Shown piece by piece: positions 11,299 to 21,758 of a stretch of DNA of 64,000 nt. This stretch comes from an uncultured Chloroflexia bacterium. Its GTDB lineage: Bacteria > Chloroflexota > Anaerolineae > B4-G1 > SLSP01. The stretch lies in NCBI GenBank assembly GCA_963751345.1, contig CAVVUS010000011.1, positions 320,001 through 384,000 on the forward strand, in the 5' to 3' direction. Every line of letters starts with the position of its first letter. Position 1 is the first letter of the stretch. Below the pieces are notes generated by a model that saw only the letters and a program-made list of their open reading frames with translations, ran no database searches and had not been told where the DNA came from. The position numbers and the translations under genes were made by a program.

Positions 11299-12555
11299 GT
11301 GGATACGTCGCATCCGGACGCAGGGCCATCAGCCGCCGCAATGCCCCGCCTTCTGGCGCAGTTGCGTGACATCCTCGTCGTCCTCAACTCGGATCGCACG
11401 CTCCAGAGCATTCTGGACTATCTGGTTGCGGAGGCCCGTGAGCTTCTCGATGCCCAGGCGTGCGTGCTCTATAGGTGCGACAAGGAAACCGAAAATCTGA
11501 TGGTCGAGGCCCGCGCCGGGCTGCCGGCGGACTTCCCCTCGATCGGAGAGCTTCCGCTGGAACCGGGCGGTGGCCTGGGCAATGCGCTTCTGAACGGACT
11601 GGTCCTCAACGCAACGCCGGTCGGCCATCCCGACCTGGACACGCCGGAGTTGGCGAGCGCGCTTGCGGACGTTAGCGTCAGCTCGGTCGTGCACACGTGG
11701 TTCGCCGCCCTGTTGAGGTCGTACCAAGCCTCGCTCAGTGTCCCGCTCATCATAAAAGAGAGCTTCTACGGAAGCCTGGGTTTCTACTACGCGGAGCCTC
11801 GGGTGTTGTCACCGCACGACATGTCGCTGGCGGTTACCTTCGGATCGCAGGCGGCCCTTGCGATCGAGAACGCACGCCTGCGTCTGCAGGCCGAGCAAGC
11901 GGCTATCCTCCAGGAGCGCAGCCGGCTGGCGCGCGACTTGCACGATTCCGTGACCCAGTCGCTCTATAGCCTGACGTTGCTCGCCGAGGCCGCCCGGCGG
12001 CTGGCCGGGGCGGGAGACCTTCCCCAGGTGGAGCAAGCGATCACGCGCCTCGGCGAGATCGGCCAGCAGGCGCTCAAGGAGATGCGCCTCCTGGTCTATG
12101 AGCTGAGACCCTCGGTTCTGCGGCGCGAGGGATTGGTCCGGGCGCTGGGGCATCGTCTCGAGACCGTCGAGCGGCGGGCCGGTATCGAGGCACTCCTGGT
12201 CGTCGAGGGCCGGCCTGCGCTCTCGCCTGGCCTGGAGGAGCAGCTCTATCACCTGATTCAGGAAGCGCTGAACAACGCGCTCAAGCACGCCGCTGCAACC
12301 ACCGTCACGGTGCGCATTGAGGAACGGGGTGGGGAGCTTCAGGTCTCCGTGAGCGACAACGGGCGCGGTTTCGATCCCGATCGATCTGAGGAGGGCGGCA
12401 TTGGGCTGGTGAGCATGCGGGAACGGGTGGACAAACTCGGTGGTTATCTGACGATCAACACGGGCGTCGGCCAGGGAACCACCGTTGCGGTGACGTTGGC
12501 TCCGACCCTCTCACCTCTCCGGGGGGAGACCGAGAAGGTGAACTCCGGTGAGTGA
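11299..12555 (+). CDS. GAF-domain sensor histidine kinase (HisKA_3/NarX type); start approximate
   Basis: GAF ending AALAIENARL, ERSRLARDLHDSVTQ, QEALNNALKHA, DNGRGF, GIGLVSMRER. Confidence 0.9.
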   Translation: MDTSHPDAGPSAAAMPRLLAQLRDILVVLNSDRTLQSILDYLVAEARELLDAQACVLYRCDKETENLMVEARAGLPADFPSIGELPLEPGGGLGNALLNGLVLNATPVGHPDLDTPELASALADVSVSSVVHTWFAALLRSYQASLSVPLIIKESFYGSLGFYYAEPRVLSPHDMSLAVTFGSQAALAIENARLRLQAEQAAILQERSRLARDLHDSVTQSLYSLTLLAEAARRLAGAGDLPQVEQAITRLGEIGQQALKEMRLLVYELRPSVLRREGLVRALGHRLETVERRAGIEALLVVEGRPALSPGLEEQLYHLIQEALNNALKHAAATTVTVRIEERGGELQVSVSDNGRGFDPDRSEEGGIGLVSMRERVDKLGGYLTINTGVGQGTTVAVTLAPTLSPLRGETEKVNSGE

Positions 12556-13213
12556 GACGATCCGGGTCTTGGTGGTCGACGACCACGCCATCGTCCGTGA
12601 GGGGTTGCGGTGGCTGATGACGACCGAGCCGGGGATCGAGCTCGCCGGGGAGGCGGCCAACGGCGTAGAGGCGATTGCCAAAGCGCGGGACCTCCATCCG
12701 GACGTGATCCTCATGGATCTTGTCATGCCGCGCATGGACGGTATCACCGCAATTGCGGAGATCAAGGCCCTAATGCCCGACGTCCGCATTCTGGTGCTGA
12801 CGAGCTTTTCGGAGGACGAGCAGGTATTCCCCGCGATCAAGGCCGGTGCCTTGGGCTATCTTCTGAAGGACACCTCTCCTCAGACGCTGCTCAGGGCCAT
12901 CCGCGACATATACGCGGGGGTACCGTCGATGCACCCCTTCATCGCTCGGAAACTCATCCAGGAGTTGCAGCGTCCTTCCGATCTCCCGCCAACCCGGGAG
13001 CCCCTCAGCCAGCGGGAGATGGAGGTGCTGCGCCTGGTGGCGCAGGGCCTCAGCAATGAGGAAATCGCGGCACAGCTCTTCATCGGCGAGAGGACCGCGC
13101 GAACTCACGTCAGCAACATCCTCCGCAAGCTGCATCTCGCGAATCGAACTCAGGCAGCCCTCTATGCACTGCGCGAAGGGCTAGCTCGTCTCGACGATCC
13201 GGATCACCCCTGA
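12548..13213 (+). CDS. NarL/LiaR-family response regulator, cognate of the upstream kinase
   Basis: VLVVDDH, DVILMDLVMP, HTH LSQREMEVL...HVSNILRKL. Overlaps the kinase stop. Confidence 0.95.
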   Translation: MSETIRVLVVDDHAIVREGLRWLMTTEPGIELAGEAANGVEAIAKARDLHPDVILMDLVMPRMDGITAIAEIKALMPDVRILVLTSFSEDEQVFPAIKAGALGYLLKDTSPQTLLRAIRDIYAGVPSMHPFIARKLIQELQRPSDLPPTREPLSQREMEVLRLVAQGLSNEEIAAQLFIGERTARTHVSNILRKLHLANRTQAALYALREGLARLDDPDHP

Positions 13214-13223
13214 AGCTAGACGA

Positions 13224-13255
13224 GCGGCCGGCCTGCTATCCAGCAGGCCGGCCGC
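13224..13255. terminator. Perfect 14-bp hairpin between convergent genes
   Basis: GCGGCCGGCCTGCT-ATCC-AGCAGGCCGGCCGC. Confidence 0.7.
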
Positions 13256-13279
13256 CCAAAGATTCAGCCGGGATTGGGT

Positions 13280-13507
13280 CTACCAGGCTCCGTCGTCGTC
13301 CTCATCCTCCTCGTCGTCCTCGTCGTCCCAGTCCTCATCATCATCCCAGTCATCCTCGAAGTCGTCCCAGTCCAACTCAACCGGTTCGACTTCCACGACA
13401 ATCAGGTCGGTGCGGCAGTGAGGGCAGCGAACCTTCTGATCTAGTTTGGGCGGCGCGTTCAGGATGATCGTCTCATCGCAAGCCGGGCAGATCGCGGTGA
13501 TTGCCAT
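13280..13507 (-). CDS. LysW-like zinc-ribbon protein with long acidic tail
   Basis: CPAC...CPHC...LIVVEVEPVELDW followed by a D/E/W tail. Strong RBS GAGGAGGT. Lacks the terminal EDWGE. Confidence 0.75.
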   Translation of the reverse strand: MAITAICPACDETIILNAPPKLDQKVRCPHCRTDLIVVEVEPVELDWDDFEDDWDDDEDWDDEDDEEDEDDDGAW

Positions 13508-13928
13508 TTGGAACTACCTCCTCGACTCTTTCCACAAGACTAGGTTGGCTCCGAAGTCCACGATACACATCCGTGTCGTCCGGACGGCACCCATGATAGA
13601 CATCAAGCGTGCAAAACCGGTGATAGCCTGATGCAAAGCCGATGGTAGTCCAGGGCGCTGCGTGTCAAAACTTCCACCATCGGATGGTACCGTGCCATCC
13701 GGAGCCGGCTTACCGCTCCGCTGAATCCTCAGGCTGCTACGTCATTTGACGCAGACTCGGCTTTTGCGAATCTCCAATCTGACATGGGTCGAATGCTACT
13801 TACATCCGATGCAGGCAACCGCCTGCCGCGGTACTATTCGACGGTCGTTGCTCGGAAGTAACCCGAGATGAACCTTGGAGACCGGCCGTTAACGTCAGAC
13901 GAGTATTATGCAAAGGGGACAGCCTGTG

Positions 13929-14303
13929 ATGGCAGAGCGGATATCCGTACTGGTTGTGATGAAGCCATGTCCGCTGCGCGACAGCCTGGCGGCTCTACTG
14001 AGGAGTATTTCCGGGATCACGGCTGTGCAGTATGCCACGGACCTCGCCTCCGGATTGCGCACCATCGAGACGTCTCGGCCTGCCCTGGTCGTGATGGATG
14101 CGAGTCTGCCCGGAGGCGAGGTGTGGATGATGCTCCGTCAGGTGAAGGCTCGCTGGCCTGCTACGCCCAGTGTCGTTCTGACGGACACGCTACAGCTTCG
14201 CCGGCGCGCCGAAGCAGCCGGTGCAAGCCGCGCCCTGCTCAAGGGCTTCCCGGCGACCAAGTTGTCGGTGATGCTGGAGCAGCTTCTGCAACAAGTTGCT
14301 TAG
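13929..14303 (+). CDS. Single-domain, atypical response-regulator receiver
   Basis: RPALVVMDASLPG, SVVLTD, AGASRALLKG. The acidic pair after beta1 is missing. Confidence 0.75.
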   Translation: MAERISVLVVMKPCPLRDSLAALLRSISGITAVQYATDLASGLRTIETSRPALVVMDASLPGGEVWMMLRQVKARWPATPSVVLTDTLQLRRRAEAAGASRALLKGFPATKLSVMLEQLLQQVA

Positions 14304-14393
14304 TTCCCTGCGCCGGGCGGTAGACCACGCGTCGTACCGGCGTTCGCGCGCGGGTGCCGCGGCCTTTGACTATATTGATGGAGGAAGATCAGG

Positions 14394-15765
14394 ATGACAC
14401 GAGATAGATTACCGGAGCGAAGAAGCGAAGAGCCTCCTGGGGCAGGCGTCCGACCGCCTTTCCCGTGGGAGGAAATCCCTATGGAGCAGTGGACCGACTG
14501 GCGATGGCAGATGACGCACCGCCTGCGCTCGGTCGATGATTTCGCCCGTTTCCTGGCGCTGACGCCTGAGGAAATCGACGGTCTTTCGGCGCCCGACCGT
14601 TTCCGGGTCGACGTGACCCCTTATTTCGCCAGTCTGATGGATCCGACCGATCCGAACTGTCCGATCCGGCGTCAGGTGATCCCCACGAGTGCCGAGCTCG
14701 TGCCATTTGATGCCGAGATGATTGATTCGTTGGGCGAGGATGCTCATTCGCCCGTGCCGGGCCTCGTCCACCGGTACCCCGACCGCGTGCTGATGCTGGT
14801 CACCACGCAGTGCGCCAGCTACTGCCGCTTCTGCACCCGCAGCCGCCTGGTCGGAGATGGAAAGGTCACGCTCAACTCTGCGGCCTTCGACCGGCAGATT
14901 GCCTATATCGCGGCGACGCCACAGATTCGCGACGTGCTGATCTCCGGGGGAGACCCCCTCACACTCCCGCAGCACGTTCTGGAGCGGCTGCTGCATGCGA
15001 CTGCGCGAGATCCCTCACGTGGAAGTCATCCGTATCGGCACGCGCGTCCCGGGGTTCCTGCCCCAGCGAATTACCGAAGACCTCGTCACGATGCTGTCGG
15101 CCTACCATCCGCTTTGGATGAATATCCACTTCAACCACCCGAAGGAAATCACGCCGGAGGTTGAGGAGGGCCTCGCACGCCTGGCCAATGCCGGCATTCC
15201 GCTTGGCAGCCAAACCGTGCTGATGGCAGGCATCAACGACTGCCCCAATGTCATCACCGCCTTGATGCACAAGCTCGTGCGGAACCGAGTGCGTCCGTAC
15301 TATCTCTATCAGTGCGATCTGGTTCACGGCGCCGGTCACTTCCGGACGCCGGTGTCCAAGGGGCTGGAGATCATGGAGTCCCTGCGAGGGCATACCTCGG
15401 GGTTCGCCATCCCGACCTTTGTGATCGATGCACCCGAAGGCGGTGGCAAGGTCCCGATTCTCCCGAACTACCTGCTCAGCATGTCGGATACAAAGGTCGT
15501 CGTGCGAAACTACGAAGGCTTCGTCACAGCGTATACGCAGCCTGCCCAGTACCGACCTCACGATCCGGCGACCTGCCCGTATTGCCAGTCTCGCCAGGCT
15601 GATCACGGTCAAGAGGGTATCGCAGGTCTGTTGGCAGGCGACCAGCACCGCATTGCACCGGAGGGATGGGACGCAGTGCACCATCGAGCCGAAGAGCAGC
15701 AGGAAGGTATCGCCACGCAGCCCGTTCAGCCCACGGAGGAGTTAGTGCATGTCTGGCAGCAGTAG
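14394..15765 (+). CDS. kamA: KamA-family radical SAM enzyme, lysine 2,3-aminomutase-like (frameshift ~14995)
   Basis: [62 protein letters not shown]. Confidence 0.9.
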
Positions 15766-16826
15766 CGCTCGCCTGAGAGTGGCCGTTCTGGCCAACCGCA
15801 AACACAGCATCGCCGTCGACGCAGACGCCCCACCCGACGCGCTCGCGGAGTATGACGCCGAAGAGACGGTCGAGGGCATTATCGGGGCGCTGCGCTACGC
15901 CGGACACGACCCGTACTTTCTGGAGGCCGACGAGACGCTGTTGGATACCCTGCGCGACGACGCCCCCGGACTTCTGCTTCAACATCGCGGAAGGCCTGCG
16001 CGGGGACGCGCGCGAGTCACAGGTCCCGGCTCTGCTGGAGATGCTGGGCCTACCGTACACAGGCTCCAAGGTGCTGACGCACGCGATATCGTTGGACAAG
16101 GCGATGACGAAGCGCATCTGGCGCGATGCCGGCCTGCCCACGGCACCTTTCCAGGTCTTTGCCTCGGCGGATGTATCGCTCGACGGCGCCCTGAAGTTCC
16201 CGCTGTTCGTCAAGCCTGTTCGTGAGGGCTCCGGTATGGGGATCGACGGCAACTCCATCGTTCACAACGAAGGTGAGCTCCGCCGCCGGGTGGCGTGGGT
16301 GACTGCTACGTATCGCCAACCTGCGCTCGTCGAGGCGTTCCTGCCGGGCCGGGAGTTCACGGTAGGCCTGATCGGCAACCGGCAGCCGGGGAGCCAACCC
16401 TTCAGTGCTGCCTGTGCGGAAGACTTCTATGGCGTCCCCGGCTATCACGTCTTCCCGGTGCTTGAGATTGACACGACCCGCGGCAAGGTGAGAGGGATCT
16501 ACAATGCTCAGGCGAAGTCATACGCGATTGAGTCGGAGAGCGCCCCGGGCTACCTCTGCCCGGCCGACATCCCTCCTGCCCTGGAGACCTGTCTGTCCGA
16601 GCTCGCCATCGCGGCGTTCGAGGCGATAGACGGACTTGACGTCGCGCGCGTGGACTTCCGGATGGGCGACGATGAGCAGGCCTACCTGGTAGAGATCAAC
16701 ACGCTGCCGGGCATGAATCCGCTGGTCAGTGACCTCGTCATCGTCTCTCGCGCCGGTGGCGTGGCTTACGAAACCTTGATCGGCGAGATCCTCGCTCTGG
16801 CGATGGCGCGGTACGGTATGGCTTAG
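15749..16826 (+). CDS. D-Ala-D-Ala-ligase-like ATP-grasp enzyme (frameshift ~15960)
   Basis: [45 protein letters not shown]. Overlaps the kamA end. Confidence 0.88.
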
Positions 16827-16840
16827 GGGCCGGTCGCATG

Positions 16841-16907
16841 ATCTTCCGGGTTGCTCGTGTGCCGGCACCCGCAAATGCGGGTGCCCGCACGGAGCAACCC
16901 GGAAGAT
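16841..16907. repeat. Long palindromic element (CTTCCGGG...CCCGGAAG family)
   Basis: ATCTTCCGGGTTGCTC...GAGCAACCCGGAAGAT. Related arms at 23690-23730 and 52810-52851. Confidence 0.7.
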
Positions 16908-16921
16908 ATCCCTGAAGAGCG

Positions 16922-17974
16922 ATGTACACCGTGTATTCACCCCACCATCGCCTGCACGCCACGGGCGACATCTGGCTGGATGGTGAGCGCATCGCCACCA
17001 AGGAAGTGCCCGAGCGGGCCGACGTGATCCTGTCCGCGGTCGCCGCTGCCGGATTGGGATCCATCGTGCCCCCTACCGATTTCGGGCTCGAGCCCATCCT
17101 GGCAGTCCACGATGCAGGCTACGTGGCCTATCTAAAGACGGCGTACGAGCGGAACAACGCTGCGACTATGGGCTCTCAGCGTCCGGTGATGGCGCACCGC
17201 TCGGCGGTGGACCCTCGTCGGGCGGGTTTGCCACCGTTGGATTTCGCAGGGCTGGTGGATTACTACACCTACGACTTTGAGGACCCGATTCTGGCGGGCA
17301 CCTGGGTCGCGGCATATTGGAGCGTGCAGGTTGCGTTGACCGCGGCCGATCTGGTTCGCCGCGGTGAACGTTCGGCCTACGCGCTCTGCCGTCCCCCGGG
17401 CCATCACGCCACGCGGGACCAGTATGGCGGCTTCTGCTATCTGAACAACGCCGCCGCAGCCGCACGCTATCTCTCGCGCGAGGGTGCAGTCGCCGTCCTG
17501 GATCTCGACTACCACCATGGCAACGGGACGCAGGCCATCTTCTACGACGATCCCTCGGTCTTCTACGTGTCGCTCCACGCCGATCCTGCGTTGGATTACC
17601 CCTTCTACTGGGGCTATGCCTCTGAGCATGGTACAGGAGCCGGCACGGGCACCAACCTGAACCTGCCCCTGCCCTTACACTGCGATGATGCGCGGTATCT
17701 GCTTGCCCTCGACCGGGCTGTGGACGCGATCGGCGACTTTGGGCCGCTGTATCTCGTCCTCTCTCTCGGTCTGGACGCCGTGGGAGGCGATACCATCGGC
17801 AAGTTCGATCTCACCCAGGCCGGGTGGGCCGAGGTTGCACGCCGCACCGCCGCCTTGGGACTGCCCACCGTGCTTGTCCAGGAGGGCGGATATCGCCTTG
17901 ACATACTGGGATCGTCCGCCCGGACCTTCCTCTCGTCCTTTGCGCTGAGCCACGACCTGCACTATCATCGGTGA
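16922..17974 (+). CDS. Histone-deacetylase-family protein (acetylpolyamine amidohydrolase-like)
   Basis: EVPERA, ALCRPPGHHA, GGFCYLNN, DLDYHHGNGTQ, SLGLD, QEGGY. Confidence 0.92.
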   Translation: MYTVYSPHHRLHATGDIWLDGERIATKEVPERADVILSAVAAAGLGSIVPPTDFGLEPILAVHDAGYVAYLKTAYERNNAATMGSQRPVMAHRSAVDPRRAGLPPLDFAGLVDYYTYDFEDPILAGTWVAAYWSVQVALTAADLVRRGERSAYALCRPPGHHATRDQYGGFCYLNNAAAAARYLSREGAVAVLDLDYHHGNGTQAIFYDDPSVFYVSLHADPALDYPFYWGYASEHGTGAGTGTNLNLPLPLHCDDARYLLALDRAVDAIGDFGPLYLVLSLGLDAVGGDTIGKFDLTQAGWAEVARRTAALGLPTVLVQEGGYRLDILGSSARTFLSSFALSHDLHYHR

Positions 17975-18054
17975 GAGTTCGTCGAAGGTTGGAACTTTCG
18001 GTACCTGCAGCACGTCTGTACTTGGACAATCACAAGACCTGAAGGAGGTCAGTT

Positions 18055-19020
18055 ATGTTCGGTAGTGCAACACGTCTGTCTGGGTTTGCGGTGGCAGTGC
18101 TGGCGCTCGCGTTGACGCTGGCAGGCTGCGCCCTGGTATCGCAGGGAGAGACACCTCTAGCCACATCTGTCTCACCGGTCGTCGAGCCAACCACTCCCGT
18201 TCCGGTCGCAACGCAGACGCCGGTAGCGCCGACACCCACGGTTGAGGCAACCCCCGAGCCCAGTGCCACCGTGCCTGTGAGCGAGTCGGTCACCTATGCT
18301 CCTGTCGAGATCCCTGACGCAGGCCTGGCACTTGAGGTGCCGGAGGGTTGGGCGCGGCTTGAGCCGGCCTGGACCTGGGCGCAGGTTGTGGGTTCGGAGC
18401 TTCAGGTTGGCGTGAGTTGGACCGTCCTGGTCCCGCCGCAGGAGCCGGAGGCCGTGATGCTGCCCTCCCCATCCGAGGTCGTATCGTCTGACCCCGTGGA
18501 ACTCGCTTTTGGCAGCGGGCGGAAGGTCGTTCTGAACGTCTTTGGCGCGTCCGAGGGCGGCGAGGACACCGCGGCGCCGGTCGTCGCCGTACAGGCCCAC
18601 GTGCTGGTTATACGTGATGAGGGAGGGTCGCGAGTGGCGTACGACTTCTTCGCGTCCGCTCCTACCCAGGAGGGCCTGGCCACACTTGATGCGGTGCTTC
18701 AGCATATGACACAGACAGCCGTGCTGCAACCTGCCGGCGGCGCAGACAACGCAGGAGGAACCGGGGCCGCTCCGATGCCTGAGGCAGTGTCGAGGGCGAA
18801 GGCTATCCTCGCGATGCACCTCGGCGTGTCGGAGGATTCGATTCAGGTAGGCAGCTACGAACACGTCGACTGGCCTGATGCCTGTCTCGGTGTCCACAAC
18901 CCGGGACAGATCTGCGCTTCTGTGATCACACCGGGGTATCGTGTGGTTCTGTCGGTCGACGGGCAGTCCTACGAGCTTCATACCAATGAGAGCGGGTCCG
19001 CGGTAGGCATCGCGCCGTGA
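18055..19020 (+). CDS. Lipoprotein of unknown function
   Basis: RBS AAGGAGG, lipobox LAGC, P/T-rich linker, C-terminal WPDACLG...CASVITPGY domain. Confidence 0.8.
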   Translation: MFGSATRLSGFAVAVLALALTLAGCALVSQGETPLATSVSPVVEPTTPVPVATQTPVAPTPTVEATPEPSATVPVSESVTYAPVEIPDAGLALEVPEGWARLEPAWTWAQVVGSELQVGVSWTVLVPPQEPEAVMLPSPSEVVSSDPVELAFGSGRKVVLNVFGASEGGEDTAAPVVAVQAHVLVIRDEGGSRVAYDFFASAPTQEGLATLDAVLQHMTQTAVLQPAGGADNAGGTGAAPMPEAVSRAKAILAMHLGVSEDSIQVGSYEHVDWPDACLGVHNPGQICASVITPGYRVVLSVDGQSYELHTNESGSAVGIAP

Positions 19021-19071
19021 CCTCTCGCTAGTGCAGCGTCGCAAAGGCCACGACCGAGCGAAGACTGGTCT

Positions 19072-19167
19072 TCACGTCCGAGCGTACTCGGATCACGTCC
19101 GAGCGTACTCGGATCACGTCCGAGCGTACTCGGATAACGTCCGAGCGCTCACGCCGAGCGCACTCGA
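19072..19167. repeat. Tandem 21-bp palindromic repeat (3 perfect + 2 decayed copies)
   Basis: TCACGTCCGAGCGTACTCGGA at 19072, 19093 and 19114. Each unit contains TCCGAG-CGTA-CTCGGA. Confidence 0.9.
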
Positions 19168-19371
19168 ACAGCGCCCAAGGCTACTCGTGCCGAAGGTCTT
19201 GGGCGCTTCTGTTGTGCCGGGCGTAGCCCACGTGCCACGGAAGGTACCCCGAACGGCCACTCCAGAGGTCAGGGGGAACGCGCACGATTTCGGACCGCGT
19301 GCAGCCTGTCCTGAGCGCAGCCTCAGGATCTCGCCCGCTCTAGCCGCCTGCGTCGCCCACCTCTGCGAATC

Positions 19372-19400
19372 TTGACAAAGTACCCGCCCCTCTCCATAAT
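19372..19400 (+). promoter_or_regulatory. sigma70-type promoter of the dehydrogenase/enolase-superfamily operon
   Basis: TTGACA-17 nt-CATAAT, ending 37 nt upstream of the ATG at 19438 (RBS AAGGAGG). Confidence 0.75.
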
Positions 19401-19437
19401 CGGCGCTACACAGCTACCGATCGATAAGGAGGCCGCG

Positions 19438-20491
19438 ATGTCTGATTTGCTCCGTCGAGAGACGATGAAGGCCTTGGTCTGGGAAGGGCCTCGCGAGATG
19501 AGCCTGCACGATGAGCCGGTGCCATCCGTGGCTCCCGACGACGTGCTGGTCGAGGTGGCATACTGTGGCATCTGCGGGTCTGAACTGAGCGGCTACCTGG
19601 GCCACAATGCGCTGCGCGTGCCCCCGCTGATCATGGGTCACGAGTTCTCGGGCCGCATTGCTGCAGTCGGCGACGAAGTGCGGACGGGCTACCCCAACCT
19701 GGCCGTAGGCGTTAAGGTCACGGTGGATCCAATGGTCTACGATGGGACCTGCCGATATTGCCGGGAAGGACGCCAGCACCTGTGCCTGCACCGGAGTCTG
19801 ATCGGTGCCCACCGGCCCGGCGCTTTCGCCCAGTACGTCGCCGCCCCTGCCCATATGGTTTTCGCCCTGCCGCAGGCTATGGATCTCCGGACCGGGGCAC
19901 TGACCGAGCCGACGGCCTGCGCCGTGCGAATCGCCACCCTGATGGGTGACGTCGAGGGCCGGGACGTTCTCATCGTCGGTGCCGGGACGATCGGCCTGCT
20001 GACGCTGCAGGTCCTTCTGCACCAGGGTGCAGGGCGGGTTTTTGTCTCAGATACGAACCCAGCGCGACTGGCGATGGCGGGCGACCTCGGCGCGGACGCG
20101 ATGGATCCCACCCGAGATGGATGTCGTCGCATACGTCCGTGACCAGACGGGCGACCAAGGCGTGAGTCGCGCCTTGGATGCGGTCGGCAAGGCCGTCACG
20201 CGCAAGCAGTGCGTCTCGGCGACCGAGCGAGCGGGCCTCGTCCTGCTGAGCGGCCTCCACGAGGAGACGAGCGCCATGCCGGCGGCGGACATCATCCGCG
20301 GCGAGATCACCGTCCAGGGCAGCTTCTGCTACACACCGTCGGACGTCAGCCAGGCGATCTCACTCCTGGATGAGGGCGTGATAGCCATCGGGCCATGGGT
20401 GACAGAGGCACCGCTGGGCGATGGGCGGGCCTGGTTCGAACGCCTCGTCGGCGACCCGGGTAAGGTCGCGAAGGTGCTGTTGGTCCCCTAA
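19438..20491 (+). CDS. Zn-dependent alcohol/polyol dehydrogenase (frameshift ~20115)
   Basis: CGICGSE, MGHEFSG, GAGTIG. C-terminus in ORF 20027..20491. Confidence 0.9.
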
Positions 20492-20520
20492 CGACCGCGT
20501 AGTACCGCAGGAGGTGCGGG

Positions 20521-21675
20521 ATGAGAGATCACCGATGTGTCTGTCATTGCCTTTGAGGTGCCGCGTGAGGCTTTCCGTAACCGAGAGCTCATCACGGAGG
20601 GCACGACGCTCCAGACGCTGACCAAGATCACGACCGATGAGGGCGCTGAGGGATACTACTTCGGCGGGTCCGGGCACGGCGACCGCGACGGCCTGCTGCC
20701 GGATCAACGTGCTGCGCTCCTCGGCAAGGCCCGCTCGATGTTGATCGGAGAGGATCCCTTCGACCGCGAGAAGTTCTGGCACTGGATGTGGGTCTCCAAG
20801 ACGCCCGAGAATATCCTCAGCACCCTGGATATGGCGCTCTGGGATCTTCAGGCGCGGCACTTCGGTGTGCCGATCCACAAACTCCTGGGCGGCTGTCGAG
20901 ACAAGGTCAAGGCTTACGCGAGCACCTATCCCAATATGGGCACTCCCGAGGAGTACGCTGCACACGCGCTCGCCTGCCGGAAACAAGGCTATCACGCGTA
21001 CAAGATCCATCCCTATTACTTCGCCGACCCCAAGACGTTTGAGCCGACGCCGGGCGACCCTCTCACGTCAAGGCCGACGTCGAGGCGTGTGTCGCCGTGA
21101 GGGAGGCCGTCGGTGACGACATGGTGCTGATGTTCGATCCGTGGGGCACCTACTGCACCTATGAGGAGGCCCTGTGGGTAGGGCGCGAGCTGGAGAAGCT
21201 GGACTTCTACTGGTACGAGCATCCGATGCCCGAATATCGCGTCCACGCCTATGAGAAGCTGGCGCGCGAGCTCGACATCCCGATTCTCTCCCCCGAAATC
21301 GCGGAGGGCAGCCTCTACACACGGGCCGACTGGATCATGCGGGACGCCTCGGACATGACGCGCATCGACGTCCTGCGCGGCGGGATCACCGGCGTCAAGA
21401 AGATGGTCTCGGTTGCCGAGGCGTACGGCGTCAGGTGCGAGATCCACATGAGCGGCTTCGGCAACCTCCAGATCCTGGGGGCCACGAGCGAGGACACGTG
21501 CGAGTATTACGAGCGCGGGCTCCTCGCGCCCGGCGTCGACTGCAACACGCCCCCTCCCTACCTCAAGACGCTATGCGATCCGATGGACGACCAGGGCTAT
21601 GTGAGTGTGCCCCAGGGCCCGGGGATGGGATACGACATCGATTGGGACTATATCGAGGACCATCGCATCGGGTGA
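20521..21675 (+). CDS. Mandelate racemase/muconate-lactonizing (enolase superfamily) enzyme (frameshifts ~20525, ~21060)
   Basis: LDMALWDL, KLLGG, AYKIH, LMFD, WYEHP, GGITG, CEIH. Confidence 0.88.
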
Positions 21676-21758
21676 GATCGGTTGCTGAGTCCATCATTGG
21701 GGACTAAGATAGCAGACAGACAAGCTGTAGGGCATACTTATCTGCCAGGAGGCACAAA

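Noticed and set aside
10753-12555. 600-aa nitroreductase-histidine kinase fusion ORF
   Set aside because: Artefact of the frameshift near 10845. The nitroreductase continues in another frame and stops at 11290.
19072-19167. CRISPR array
   Set aside because: The units are directly abutting with no spacers, and there are no cas genes.
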